From positions 7,104,001 to 7,168,000 of the forward strand of contig JASGJH010000001.1 of the NCBI GenBank assembly GCA_047601445.1: a stretch of DNA of 64,000 bases. The letters are read 5' to 3'. A program made the translations under genes and the position numbers. Under the pieces are notes generated by a model, which saw nothing but the letters and a program-made list of their open reading frames with translations, had not been told where the DNA came from and did no database searches. Positions 46,318 through 55,320 of the stretch are shown piece after piece; the first letter of the stretch is position 1, and each line of letters begins with the position of its first letter. Source of the stretch: Myxococcales bacterium. GTDB taxonomy: Bacteria; Myxococcota_A; Polyangia; Polyangiales; DASUME01.

Positions 46318-47904
46318 GTGTCCCAGGCGATGACATTCGACGACGTGCAAGCCTCTGCGCAGGTCCAGCGGCCCGTGCGCAAGTGGTGGGTCGCCCTGGC
46401 GGTGGCGCTGGGCGCGCTGCTCGAGGTGGTCGACACCTCGATCGTCAACGTGGCGTTGAACGACATCCAGACCACGGTGGGCGCCACGCTCTCCGAGGCT
46501 AGCTGGATCGTCTCGAGCTACGCGGTGGCCAACGTAATCGTGCTGCCGATGACCGCCTGGCTGGGCGCGCGCTTCGGCAAGAAGCGCTACTTCGTGTTCT
46601 CGCTGATCGGCTTCACGCTGGCCTCGGTGCTGTGCGGGTTGGCCACGAGCTTGCCCATGCTGATCATCGCGCGCGTGCTTCAGGGGTTGATGGGCGGAGG
46701 CCTGTTGGCCAAGGCGCAGGCCTTTTTGTTCGAGACCTTCCCCAAGGAAGAGCAGGCCCTGGCGCAGGGCTTCTTCGGCGCGGTGGTGATCGCAGGCCCC
46801 GCCATCGGGCCCACGCTGGGCGGCTTCATCGTCACCAACTACGACTGGCGCTGGATCTTCCTGGTCAACGTGCCGGTAGGCATTGCGGCCGTGTTCCTGT
46901 GCCTGGCTGCGCTGCCCGAGGATACTGGCAAGGCCGACGCTTCGCGCATCGACTGGCTGGCGATCGCCCTGCTCGCCACCGGACTCGGCAGCTTGCAGAC
47001 GGTGCTGGAAGAGGGCAACAGCGACGATTGGTTCGACTCGCATTTGATCACCTTCCTGGCTTGCACGGCGGTCTTCGGGTTGGTGGCCTTCGTGTGGCGC
47101 GAGTTGACCAGCGACAAGCCGATCGTGAACCTGCGCGTGCTGCGGCATCGCTCCCTGTGGGCAGGCAGTCTGCTCTCCGTGGTGGTGGGCATGGCGCTCT
47201 ACGGCGCGCTCTTCGCGATCCCGATCTTCGCGCAGACCATCATGAACTACACGCCCGAGCAGACCGGCTGGCTGCTGTTCCCGGGCGCCTTGGTGGCGGC
47301 GTTTTCGATGCCGCTCGTGGCGCGCTTGCTCGGCAAGTTCGACGCGCGCATGGTGCTCGCCGGCGGCGGTCTGGTGCTGATCTCGGCCTTGTTCTCGTTC
47401 ACGAACCTGAGCCCACAGACCGGATCGTCCGACTTGTTCTGGCCGTTGATCGTGCGCTCGGTGGGCACGACCATGATGTTCTTGCCGCTCAACCTGGCCA
47501 CCATGGGACCCATTCCCAAGCAGGAGGTGGGTGAGGCGGCGGCTTTCTTCAACCTGACGCGTCAGCTCGGAGGCAGCATCGGGGTGGCGCTGCTGACGAC
47601 ACTGCTCACCAATCGCCAGGCGTTCCATCGAGCCGTGCTGGTGGAGAAGCTCGTGCCGAGCGATCCGGGCGTGCTCGCGCGCCTCGACACACTCACCCAG
47701 ATGTTCGTATCCAAGGGGGCGGACCTCGCCCAGGCGCAGCAGCGCGCGCTCTCGATGCTCGATGGCACGGTGAACCAGCAAGCGGCGGTGATGTCGTTCG
47801 GAGACACGTTCTGGGCCGTCGGGATGTTGGTGCTGTTGTGCCTGCCGCTGGTGCTCCTCCTGGGCAAGGCCAATCGCGGCGCCCCGATGGACGCCGGGCA
47901 CTAG
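46318..47904 (+). CDS. DHA2/EmrB family MFS efflux permease
   Basis: 'DTSIVNVAL', 'GPAIGPTLGG', 'WIFLVNVPVG', 'RQLGGSIG'. Confidence 0.93.
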   Translation: MSQAMTFDDVQASAQVQRPVRKWWVALAVALGALLEVVDTSIVNVALNDIQTTVGATLSEASWIVSSYAVANVIVLPMTAWLGARFGKKRYFVFSLIGFTLASVLCGLATSLPMLIIARVLQGLMGGGLLAKAQAFLFETFPKEEQALAQGFFGAVVIAGPAIGPTLGGFIVTNYDWRWIFLVNVPVGIAAVFLCLAALPEDTGKADASRIDWLAIALLATGLGSLQTVLEEGNSDDWFDSHLITFLACTAVFGLVAFVWRELTSDKPIVNLRVLRHRSLWAGSLLSVVVGMALYGALFAIPIFAQTIMNYTPEQTGWLLFPGALVAAFSMPLVARLLGKFDARMVLAGGGLVLISALFSFTNLSPQTGSSDLFWPLIVRSVGTTMMFLPLNLATMGPIPKQEVGEAAAFFNLTRQLGGSIGVALLTTLLTNRQAFHRAVLVEKLVPSDPGVLARLDTLTQMFVSKGADLAQAQQRALSMLDGTVNQQAAVMSFGDTFWAVGMLVLLCLPLVLLLGKANRGAPMDAGH

Positions 47905-47932
47905 CATCGCGCTGACTGAGTCAGCGCAATGT

Positions 47933-49351
47933 TCAGCGCTTGTCGCCAGGTTCGAGCAGCAAGCTGTGATGCATGATGCAGTCGGAGAGCGGGCTCGAGA
48001 CGGGGCTCACTGAGAGCACCACTCGGCTCTTGGTGCGCGCCAGAATCGCGGCGTCGGAGCCCTTGAGCGTGCTGCCTGCCACGTCTGCCTTGCTGTCGCT
48101 GAGGTCGAGCGCGATCTGTCCCTTGATCTCGCCCGCCGTGAGCATCACTTCCGAGTGCTCGACGATGACGCCTGCGGAGACCTTGGCGGCGTCGAGGCGC
48201 GCTTCGCTGTTGCGGATGATGACCTGGCCGGCGGTCACGTGGTCGAGCCAGGCGTGGTGGCAGTTTTCGAGTAACACACTGTCGAAGCTGCCGCGGATCA
48301 CCATGTAACTTCGATCCCGACAGATGACCTCGGTGCCACGCGCAGCAGGCTTTCCGGGTCGCTCGGGCTTGCTCCAGGGGCGCGTGAAGAAACCGTCGAC
48401 GCTGGCCACGAACTCCGCAGGCTGATCGCGCATCATCACGTGTCCGGCGTCGGGGAGGTACTCCAGGCGCGCGGTGTCGATGCGCTCGCTGAGCAGCTTC
48501 CCGATGCGCGGTGGCACCACCTTGTCGAGCTTGCCCTCGAGGATCAGGGTCGGCCTGTGCTCGCGCTCGATCGCCAGGCCGAAGTTGTAGTCGAGCAGGG
48601 CCGTAGCGAGCAGCACGGATGGGCTGCGTCCGATGAGCCCCGAGTCGGCCAGGGCGGCCGAGGATGGTGTGGCGAGGCGCAGCATGTGGACGATGAAGTC
48701 GCCGACCGACTGGATGGCGTGCCCGATCCGTGGCGTGTCCTCGCGGATGTCCTCGAGCTGTGCCGCGAGCTGCGCATGGAGCAGCACCTCGGGTCGCAAA
48801 ATGCCGATCGGCGCTGCGAGCACCAGGCGACGCACCTGCTCGGGACGCTTGCTGGCGAAGAGCAGGGCCAACAGGGCTCCACTCGAGTGCCCGAGCACGT
48901 CGACGCGCTCGAGGCCACAGGCATGGATCACCGCTCCCATGGCGGCCAACATGCGGTCGGGGCCCAAGTCTTCGCTGTGGTAGCTCGAGCGGCCGAAGCC
49001 GGGCAGATCGAGCGCGATGATGCGACGTCGATAGCTCAGGCCCGCGAGCGCCGGGAAGAAGTCTTCGATGCCCACCGGGCCGATGCCGTGAAAGATCAGG
49101 AGCGGCGGCTCCTCTGAGGTCGACGGGCCCGCCTCGAGCACGTAGAGCAGTGATCCATCCTTGGGGTCCGGCACCCAGGAAGCGCGCGCATTCTTGAGCC
49201 GAGGTAGGGACGCAGGGAGAGGTGCGTCACCTTTGCAGGTCGTCGCGGCCTGCGCGGAGGCCGTCAACGGGTGCGGCGCGCCGATGTGTTGGCCGCGCTC
49301 GCAGGCGGCAAAGCAGAGCAGGACCAAACACCATGCAAAGCGAACCAGCAC
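47933..49351 (-). CDS. Alpha/beta hydrolase lipoprotein with C-terminal beta-helix-like domain
   Basis: Lipobox FAAC; 'DLPGFGRS', 'GHSSG', 'AGH'; repetitive beta C-terminus. Confidence 0.85.
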   Translation of the reverse strand: MLVRFAWCLVLLCFAACERGQHIGAPHPLTASAQAATTCKGDAPLPASLPRLKNARASWVPDPKDGSLLYVLEAGPSTSEEPPLLIFHGIGPVGIEDFFPALAGLSYRRRIIALDLPGFGRSSYHSEDLGPDRMLAAMGAVIHACGLERVDVLGHSSGALLALLFASKRPEQVRRLVLAAPIGILRPEVLLHAQLAAQLEDIREDTPRIGHAIQSVGDFIVHMLRLATPSSAALADSGLIGRSPSVLLATALLDYNFGLAIEREHRPTLILEGKLDKVVPPRIGKLLSERIDTARLEYLPDAGHVMMRDQPAEFVASVDGFFTRPWSKPERPGKPAARGTEVICRDRSYMVIRGSFDSVLLENCHHAWLDHVTAGQVIIRNSEARLDAAKVSAGVIVEHSEVMLTAGEIKGQIALDLSDSKADVAGSTLKGSDAAILARTKSRVVLSVSPVSSPLSDCIMHHSLLLEPGDKR

Positions 49352-49432
49352 TCATTCACATCTAGCATCCCGCGAGACTTGTGGACGTTTCCGAGCGCAC
49401 TCCCGGGCACAAGGATTGCCTTTGAGGGCAGC

Positions 49433-50752
49433 GTGGCTCCTTTTTCCGCTCGCGCGCCCGAGGGTGCGCTTCGACCCGTCGATTGCACGCGTTTGCTCGA
49501 GCGATACCGTGGCGTGCGCGCTGCGACCGAGCGCATTTGCGCCTCACTATCCCCCGAGGACCAGACGCTGCAGTCCATGCCCGATTGCAGCCCCACCAAG
49601 TGGCATCGTGCTCACACGACCTGGTTCTTCGAGACTTTCGTGCTTGCGCCGCGCGGGATTCCCGCTTTCTCCGAGCGCTGGGGCTTTCTCTTCAATAGCT
49701 ACTACGAGACCCTGGGGCCCCGGCACACGCGCGCCAAACGGGGACTCTTGTCGCGCCCGTCTGCCGACGAGATCGGCCAATATCGACGCGCCGTCGACGC
49801 GCACGTCTGTAGGCTTCTGCTCGAGCTTGACTCCGCGGAGGCAAGTCGCATCGCGCCCCTGATCGAGCTGGGTCTGAACCACGAGGAGCAGCATCAGGAG
49901 CTGATGCTCACCGACATCCTGAATGCCTTCGCGGAGCACCCGTTCCGACCCGCCTACCGTGAGCACGCCGCCGCGACCGCAGCCGTGCAGGGAGCGTCCG
50001 AACAGCGCTTCGTCCGCTACGGGGGTGGCCTGTGCGAACTCGGCGCCGCGCGGGACAAGACGTTCCGCTTCGACAACGAGGAGCCCCGTCATCGCGTCTG
50101 GCTGGAGCCCTTCGAGCTCGCAGAGCGATTGGTCACGGTGGGTGAGTGGAAGGCGTTCAAGGCCGAAGGCGGCTACGAGACGCCGTCGCTTTGGCTGTCG
50201 GAGGGCTTCGACTGGGTGCGAGCCCATGCCGTCGACGCCCCGTTGTACTTCGAGCGGACGCGCGATCAGGAATGGCAGACCTTCGGCTTCGAGGGGCCGC
50301 GCGCTCTCTCCGACGCCGATCCCCTGGTGCACGTGAGCTACTACGAGGCCGACGCCATCGCGCACTTCTTGGGGGCGCGGCTGCCCACGGAGGCGGAGTG
50401 GGAATTCGCGGCACAAGGTGTGGAGGTCGCCGGGAATTTCCTCGAGTCCGGGCTGTTGCGCGCGCTCCCGCCGGCGGCAAGTACCAGTGCCGAGCGGCCA
50501 CGCCAAATGTTCGGCGATGCCTGGGAGTGGACCTCCTCGAGCTACTCGCCCTATCCAGGGTACTCCCCGAGTGCGGGTGCGCTCGGCGAGTACAACGGGA
50601 AGTTCATGGTGAATCAGCAGGTGCTGCGGGGAGGTTCGAGCCTCACGCCGCGTGCGCACATGCGGGCCACCTATCGCAACTTTTGGCCGGCCCATACGCG
50701 CTTCCAAATGACGGGAGTACGTCTGGCCAGGTCGCTCTGCCCAAGCGTTTGA
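49433..50752 (+). CDS. egtB: Ergothioneine sulfoxide synthase
   Basis: 'QSMPDCSPTKWHRAHTTWFFE', 'HEEQHQE', 'GEYNGKFM', FGE-sulfatase domain; start uncertain. Confidence 0.92.
   Translation: MAPFSARAPEGALRPVDCTRLLERYRGVRAATERICASLSPEDQTLQSMPDCSPTKWHRAHTTWFFETFVLAPRGIPAFSERWGFLFNSYYETLGPRHTRAKRGLLSRPSADEIGQYRRAVDAHVCRLLLELDSAEASRIAPLIELGLNHEEQHQELMLTDILNAFAEHPFRPAYREHAAATAAVQGASEQRFVRYGGGLCELGAARDKTFRFDNEEPRHRVWLEPFELAERLVTVGEWKAFKAEGGYETPSLWLSEGFDWVRAHAVDAPLYFERTRDQEWQTFGFEGPRALSDADPLVHVSYYEADAIAHFLGARLPTEAEWEFAAQGVEVAGNFLESGLLRALPPAASTSAERPRQMFGDAWEWTSSSYSPYPGYSPSAGALGEYNGKFMVNQQVLRGGSSLTPRAHMRATYRNFWPAHTRFQMTGVRLARSLCPSV
49445..49475 (-). repeat. REP-like palindrome, copy 1
   Basis: 29/31 identical to the reverse complement of 54781-54811. 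Confidence 0.7.
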
Positions 50753-50784
50753 TCTCGTTCGCGCCGTTGTCCAGGAGGAGTCGG

Positions 50785-51747
50785 GTGTTCAACAACAATT
50801 TCAACGGAGCTCTCGCCACGGCCGTGCAGGAAGGCCTGTCGGGGCCGAGCAAGTCCTTGCCCGCCTTCATGCTCTACGACGAGCGCGGCTCGACCCTGTT
50901 CGAAGAGATCACGCGGCTACCCGAGTACTATCTCACGCGCGCCGAGCGCTCCATCTTCGTTCAACACGCGCGCGCCATCGCCGCGCGAGCCTGCGCACTG
51001 GTGACCCGGCCCCTGCAAGTCCTGGAACTCGGCGCGGGCACCGCCAAGAAGAGCCAGATCCTGCTGCACGCCATGGTGGAGGCCCAGGGGCAGACCATCT
51101 ACGTGCCGGCCGACGTGGCCCCCGATCCCCTGTTCGAAGCCTCGAGGCGCCTGCAACGCGACGAGCCCTTGCTCACGGTGCGCCCCCTGGTCACCACGCA
51201 CGAGGAGGTGCTCGACGTGGCGAGCGCCCTGTCAGAGCCCCTGTTCGTGTGGTTCTTGGGGAGCTCGATCGGGAACTACAGCGACGTCGAGGCCACGCGC
51301 CTGCTGTCGCACGTGCGCGCCGCGCTGGGTGAGCAGGGCGTGCTCCTCTTGGGGGCGGACATCAAGAAGAGCGCAGAGGTGTTGGTTCCGGCCTACGACG
51401 ACAAACGCGGCGTGACCGCTCAGTTCAACAAGAACGTGCTCCTGCGCATCAACCGCGAGCTCGGCGGTCACTTCGATCTCGACGCGTTTCGCCACGTGGC
51501 GCTGTGGAACGAGCGGGGGTCGCGGATGGAGATGCACCTCGAGAGCACGCGCAAGCAGGACGTGATGATCGATGCGTTAGGCCTGCAGGTCTCGTTCGAG
51601 GTGGGCGAGCGCATTCACACCGAGTCGAGCCACAAGTACGACCGTGAGCAGCTCGATGCGTTGTTCGGGCGGGCCGGCCTGAAGCGTGTCCACACCTTCC
51701 TCGACGCAGGGCAGCGCTTCGCCGTGCACCTGGCGCGCCCGAGCTAG
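50785..51747 (+). CDS. egtD: L-histidine N-alpha-methyltransferase
   Basis: AGGAGG RBS; 'LFEEITRLPEYYLTR', 'ELGAG', 'FLGSSIGN', 'IHTESSHKY'. Confidence 0.93.
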   Translation: MFNNNFNGALATAVQEGLSGPSKSLPAFMLYDERGSTLFEEITRLPEYYLTRAERSIFVQHARAIAARACALVTRPLQVLELGAGTAKKSQILLHAMVEAQGQTIYVPADVAPDPLFEASRRLQRDEPLLTVRPLVTTHEEVLDVASALSEPLFVWFLGSSIGNYSDVEATRLLSHVRAALGEQGVLLLGADIKKSAEVLVPAYDDKRGVTAQFNKNVLLRINRELGGHFDLDAFRHVALWNERGSRMEMHLESTRKQDVMIDALGLQVSFEVGERIHTESSHKYDREQLDALFGRAGLKRVHTFLDAGQRFAVHLARPS

Positions 51748-51755
51748 CGCGCATC

Positions 51756-53342
51756 TCAGCCCGTGCTGGTGGCCAAGAAGGGCAGCATGTTGCTGGCGTC
51801 GTTGCGCAGGCGGTCGGGCCAGCTGAGGGTGCTCGAGTCCGGGTTCTGCACATTGTCGAGGTATTGCGTGCCGTAGCCGCGTAGCCCGTCACGCTCGTAT
51901 TCGCTCGGGGGAACGCCCATCGCCTGGAGGGCCGTGGCCAGCCACTGATTGTAGAGCAGGCCCGGCCGGGCCTCACCGTGGTAGGAGCCCCACTCGGGGT
52001 GCGCGATACTCGTGTTCTCGCGGTTGCGATAGTCCGCGTAGAGGCCGGTGCGCAGGGCTCCACTGGCCGAGCCTAGCGTGATGACCGGCAGCGACAGGCT
52101 GTTGTGGGTGTCGGGGCCGGACTCCATGGTCCAGGCCATCAAGGTATTGTCGAGGTAGGTGCTGCCCTCGTCTTCCTCCACGTCGAGGCGCTGCGCGAGA
52201 TCCAGAAAGCAACGGTCGAACACCGTGCGGTTGGCGTCCACCAAAGCAGCCTGGGGGCCCGGCAGCGCGTATTGATGGGCGATGTCCTGGTGCCAATCTC
52301 CGCTGTACTCCGCCCATGGCTCGTAGGCGTTGATCACCGCGATGCGCGAGGTCCCGCACATGAAGGCCACCGCGATGATCTCGTTGTAGAGCTGGTGGTA
52401 GCGGATGGTGTCGCTCAAGCTGGTGGCCACGGCGTGGTCGCTGGCCTCTTCGGTGGGCGGGACCACCACGTCGCTGCACTGGGAGACCGCGCTCGAGGCC
52501 ACGGTCAAGGTGCGCTGCAGCTCGCTCAGTCGCCCGATGTGCTCGTCGAGCCGGCGTTTGTCGCTCGCCGAGAGGCGTACACCCTCGCCCCAATTGCCGT
52601 TGCGCAGGCGATTGTAGCTCTCGAGCACACGGTCCACGACGGGGACGCGCTTCACCTCGTCGGAGCTGGCCCTGGGCGCGATGAACACGCTCTTGAAGAG
52701 GTTGAGCGAGCTCTCCGCGGTCGGGATAGCCACCACGTCGCCAGTCTTGTTCCTGGGATCCGAGTAGCTCCAGGAGACTTGTCCCGTCATGCCCACGTGG
52801 ATGGAACGAGTGCGGTTGGTGGAGAGGTCCGCGTAGAACGAGGGAGACCAGGCCATCACTTGGTCGATGGTGGGAATGTAGCCGCCTTGCTTGGCGCGCT
52901 CGGCGGTGTTGCTCACGGTGTTGTCGTTGCGAGCGAAGTTCCCCAGATGGGCGCCCGTTTGGTGGCTGACCTCGAAGGGGATATCGAAGCCGAGCAGCAC
53001 GTTCATCTTCTTGGTCAGGCCGTCGGTGAGGAGGGCCGAGGAGGCCGTGAGCACCGGCGAGAGCGAGGAGCTGCCGTCTTGGCTCGCCAGCTTGAGGTCG
53101 CCTCGTCGAATCAGGTGGTCGCTGTAGAGGTTCTGGGTTTCGGTGAGCACTGCGTCGCTCGGATAGAGACTGTCGTAGTGGAGGCCGCCGTGGGGCGTGA
53201 CGAGGGAGACGAAGCGGGGCTTGCGAGGGGTGGCCTGGGCCTTGGTGCCACGAGGCTCGAGTGAACTCAGAAATGGTATCGCCAGTGCGAACCCGCCGGT
53301 CCCGATCAGAAATTGACGACGACCTCGCATGAACACAGTCAT
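51756..53342 (-). CDS. DUF1552 family Tat-exported protein
   Basis: Twin-arginine 'RRQFL..G..LAIPFLSSL', 'TIDQ', 'LSASDKRRLDEH', 'TYLDNTL'. Confidence 0.85.
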   Translation of the reverse strand: MTVFMRGRRQFLIGTGGFALAIPFLSSLEPRGTKAQATPRKPRFVSLVTPHGGLHYDSLYPSDAVLTETQNLYSDHLIRRGDLKLASQDGSSSLSPVLTASSALLTDGLTKKMNVLLGFDIPFEVSHQTGAHLGNFARNDNTVSNTAERAKQGGYIPTIDQVMAWSPSFYADLSTNRTRSIHVGMTGQVSWSYSDPRNKTGDVVAIPTAESSLNLFKSVFIAPRASSDEVKRVPVVDRVLESYNRLRNGNWGEGVRLSASDKRRLDEHIGRLSELQRTLTVASSAVSQCSDVVVPPTEEASDHAVATSLSDTIRYHQLYNEIIAVAFMCGTSRIAVINAYEPWAEYSGDWHQDIAHQYALPGPQAALVDANRTVFDRCFLDLAQRLDVEEDEGSTYLDNTLMAWTMESGPDTHNSLSLPVITLGSASGALRTGLYADYRNRENTSIAHPEWGSYHGEARPGLLYNQWLATALQAMGVPPSEYERDGLRGYGTQYLDNVQNPDSSTLSWPDRLRNDASNMLPFLATSTG

Positions 53343-53493
53343 GGAATCTCCCGGCTTGGGAACGTCCCGGTGGTGACGGCGTGCTGACGGCGCGTTCGCA
53401 TGGGAGTGCGCGCTGCCGTCCGTCATTTTTACCACGAGCCAAATGCGGCGGTTTAGTGCCGGTCTACCTGCCGCTCGCGCGGGCTCTCTTGCG

Positions 53494-53910
53494 TCATCGC
53501 TCTGGTACGTCGCAGCGAATCCACTCGAGGATGGTCTCGCGCTCACTGGTGGGCATCTCGATCCCGGCGTCGGGCGGCGGCATGGTGCACTTGGACATCT
53601 GCTCGCGTAGCAGATCGTACCAATCGGCCACGTGCGAGTAGTCCACCAGCGGCCACTGCTCGCCGCGACCGTCGTGACAGGAGCCACAGCGCCGCGCGAT
53701 GATTTGCTTCACGTCGCGGTCGTAGGTTGGCGCAGGGCTCGGGCAGCTCGTGGGTAGCACGACATCGCAGACCAGCGGCAGCTCGTTCCCGCCGCCGTCG
53801 GGTGCGTCAGGTTGTCGCGGACCGCCCGAGTCGCTGCAAGCGGCGAAGCCCGAGAGGGAGGCGATCAACAGTCGAGAGAGCGCACGAATAGGCCAAGAAC
53901 GAAAGCGCAT
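53494..53910 (-). CDS. Small c-type cytochrome lipoprotein
   Basis: Lipobox FAAC; 'PTYDRDVKQII..CGSCH', 'MPP', 'ILEWI'. Confidence 0.85.
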   Translation of the reverse strand: MRFRSWPIRALSRLLIASLSGFAACSDSGGPRQPDAPDGGGNELPLVCDVVLPTSCPSPAPTYDRDVKQIIARRCGSCHDGRGEQWPLVDYSHVADWYDLLREQMSKCTMPPPDAGIEMPTSERETILEWIRCDVPER

Positions 53911-53961
53911 GGGCCCGAATCTACTCCGTGATCCAGGTCGACGTAAATTGACGCTCCCCCT

Positions 53962-54023
53962 GCGACAATTGGTCGCGCGTCCCGCGGCCATAGCGGGGCC
54001 CGATTGCCGCGACAAATGACCGC
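53962..54023. promoter_or_regulatory. Two GCGAC-N5-G(T/C)CGC-type boxes (RegA/RegR-like)
   Basis: GCGACAATTGGTCGC (53962-53976) and GCGACAAATGACCGC (54009-54023) in a divergent promoter. Confidence 0.5.
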
Positions 54024-54080
54024 ATTTGAAATCGCCTTCGATGTGCTTGTCTCTGCGCAGCTGATTCAAGGAGTGTTGGC

Positions 54081-54770
54081 ATGTCTCTTCGACTTTCTTC
54101 GGTCATGGCGGGTGCGGCGGTGTTGTTGAGCAGCGCGGGGGCATACGCGCATATCTCCATCCCCGGGCCGGCCTATGCTGGCACCTCCCAGGTGCTCACC
54201 TTCAACGTCGGGCACGGTTGTGAGGGCTCCGACACGGTGAAGGTCGAGATCCAGATTCCGCCCGAAGTCACCACCGTACGTGGCCTGCCCAGCTTCTTCG
54301 GCTTCGCCGACGTCAAGACCAACGAGGCCGGCGTGGTGACCTCGGTGGTCTTCACCAAGGACCTGATCCGCAACCAGGACGACCAGTTCTACGAGCTGAA
54401 GATCCGCATCAAGGTGCCCGAGACGCCCTTCGAGACGCTCTACTTTCCCACCATCCAGTACTGCCGCGCGGCCGACGGCAGCGAGCCCGCGCCTGCCCGC
54501 TGGACGCTGACTCCGGCCAACCCCACCGAAGAGGGCGCGGAAGAGTCGCCCCACGCGGTGATCTTGCCAGTGCGCAAGCCCGGCTGGACCAAGCTTACGG
54601 TGGCCAAGGAGATCACCGATCTCACCATCTTCGACGACGCGCTGATCGTCTGGGCCGGCAACAGCGCCTACAGCTCCAACGACACCACCAAGGCACAGAT
54701 CGCCATGGAGGCCGGAGTTACGCCGCTCACCAAGATCGACGCCAACACCGAGATCTGGATCAAGTACTGA
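54081..54770 (+). CDS. YcnI/DUF1775 family exported copper-binding protein
   Basis: AAGGAG RBS; signal peptide cleavage exposing His (AYA|H), 'GHGCE', 'LYFPTIQYC'. Confidence 0.85.
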   Translation: MSLRLSSVMAGAAVLLSSAGAYAHISIPGPAYAGTSQVLTFNVGHGCEGSDTVKVEIQIPPEVTTVRGLPSFFGFADVKTNEAGVVTSVVFTKDLIRNQDDQFYELKIRIKVPETPFETLYFPTIQYCRAADGSEPAPARWTLTPANPTEEGAEESPHAVILPVRKPGWTKLTVAKEITDLTIFDDALIVWAGNSAYSSNDTTKAQIAMEAGVTPLTKIDANTEIWIKY

Positions 54771-54780
54771 GTCGCAGCGT

Positions 54781-54811
54781 GTCGGAGCGCGCCCTCGGGC
54801 GCGCGAGCGGA
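54781..54811 (+). repeat. REP-like palindrome, copy 2
   Basis: GTCGGA-GCGCGCCC-TC-GGGCGCGC-GAGCGGA. Confidence 0.7.
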
Positions 54812-54826
54812 GAGAGGAGTCGATCC

Positions 54827-55060
54827 ATGTCCCACCAATCTCGCGAGCGCTTGGCCGCTCGATGGCTTTCGCGTCTTTTCTTGTGCGGCGTGTTGTGCAG
54901 CGTCGCGGCCTGCGGTGACGAGAAGGACAAACACCACGATGTCGTGGATGCCGGGCCCGATGCCGGTGGCGATGCTGGCGTGCAGAAGTCCGCGTTGCCA
55001 CGCCCAGCGCTGGAGCGTCCGCCGAGCAGTTTGCCTGCCGATCTGCGTCCGCCGCGCTGA
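54827..55060 (+). CDS. Small lipoprotein (77 aa)
   Basis: GAGGAG RBS, lipobox VAAC, Pro-rich tail 'LERPP..LPADLRPPR'. Confidence 0.7.
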   Translation: MSHQSRERLAARWLSRLFLCGVLCSVAACGDEKDKHHDVVDAGPDAGGDAGVQKSALPRPALERPPSSLPADLRPPR

Positions 55061-55320
55061 GCTCACGCGGCGTCGTTGGCGGCCAGCGCGCAGCGCCGTC
55101 GGCGGTGCTCGTCCTCGGCGCCACATGCGTTGCCGCGACTGACTTGACGTGAGTGTCGCGCTTCTACATGTTCGATACGAGTTTCCATCTCCCCGGAGCT
55201 CGTGCGTCGTGACGGTCAAGAACGCATCGGGCTTGGCCAATGCGAGCCTGCGCGCGATTGCCCAGCATCCGAGCTGCTTGCTGCCGCGCGTGCGAGCGCG
55301 CGAGAAGGGATGCTCGGGAG

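Noticed and set aside
50146..50784. EgtB-EgtD overlap or fusion
   Set aside because: Different frames; egtD has its own AGGAGG RBS and GTG at 50785
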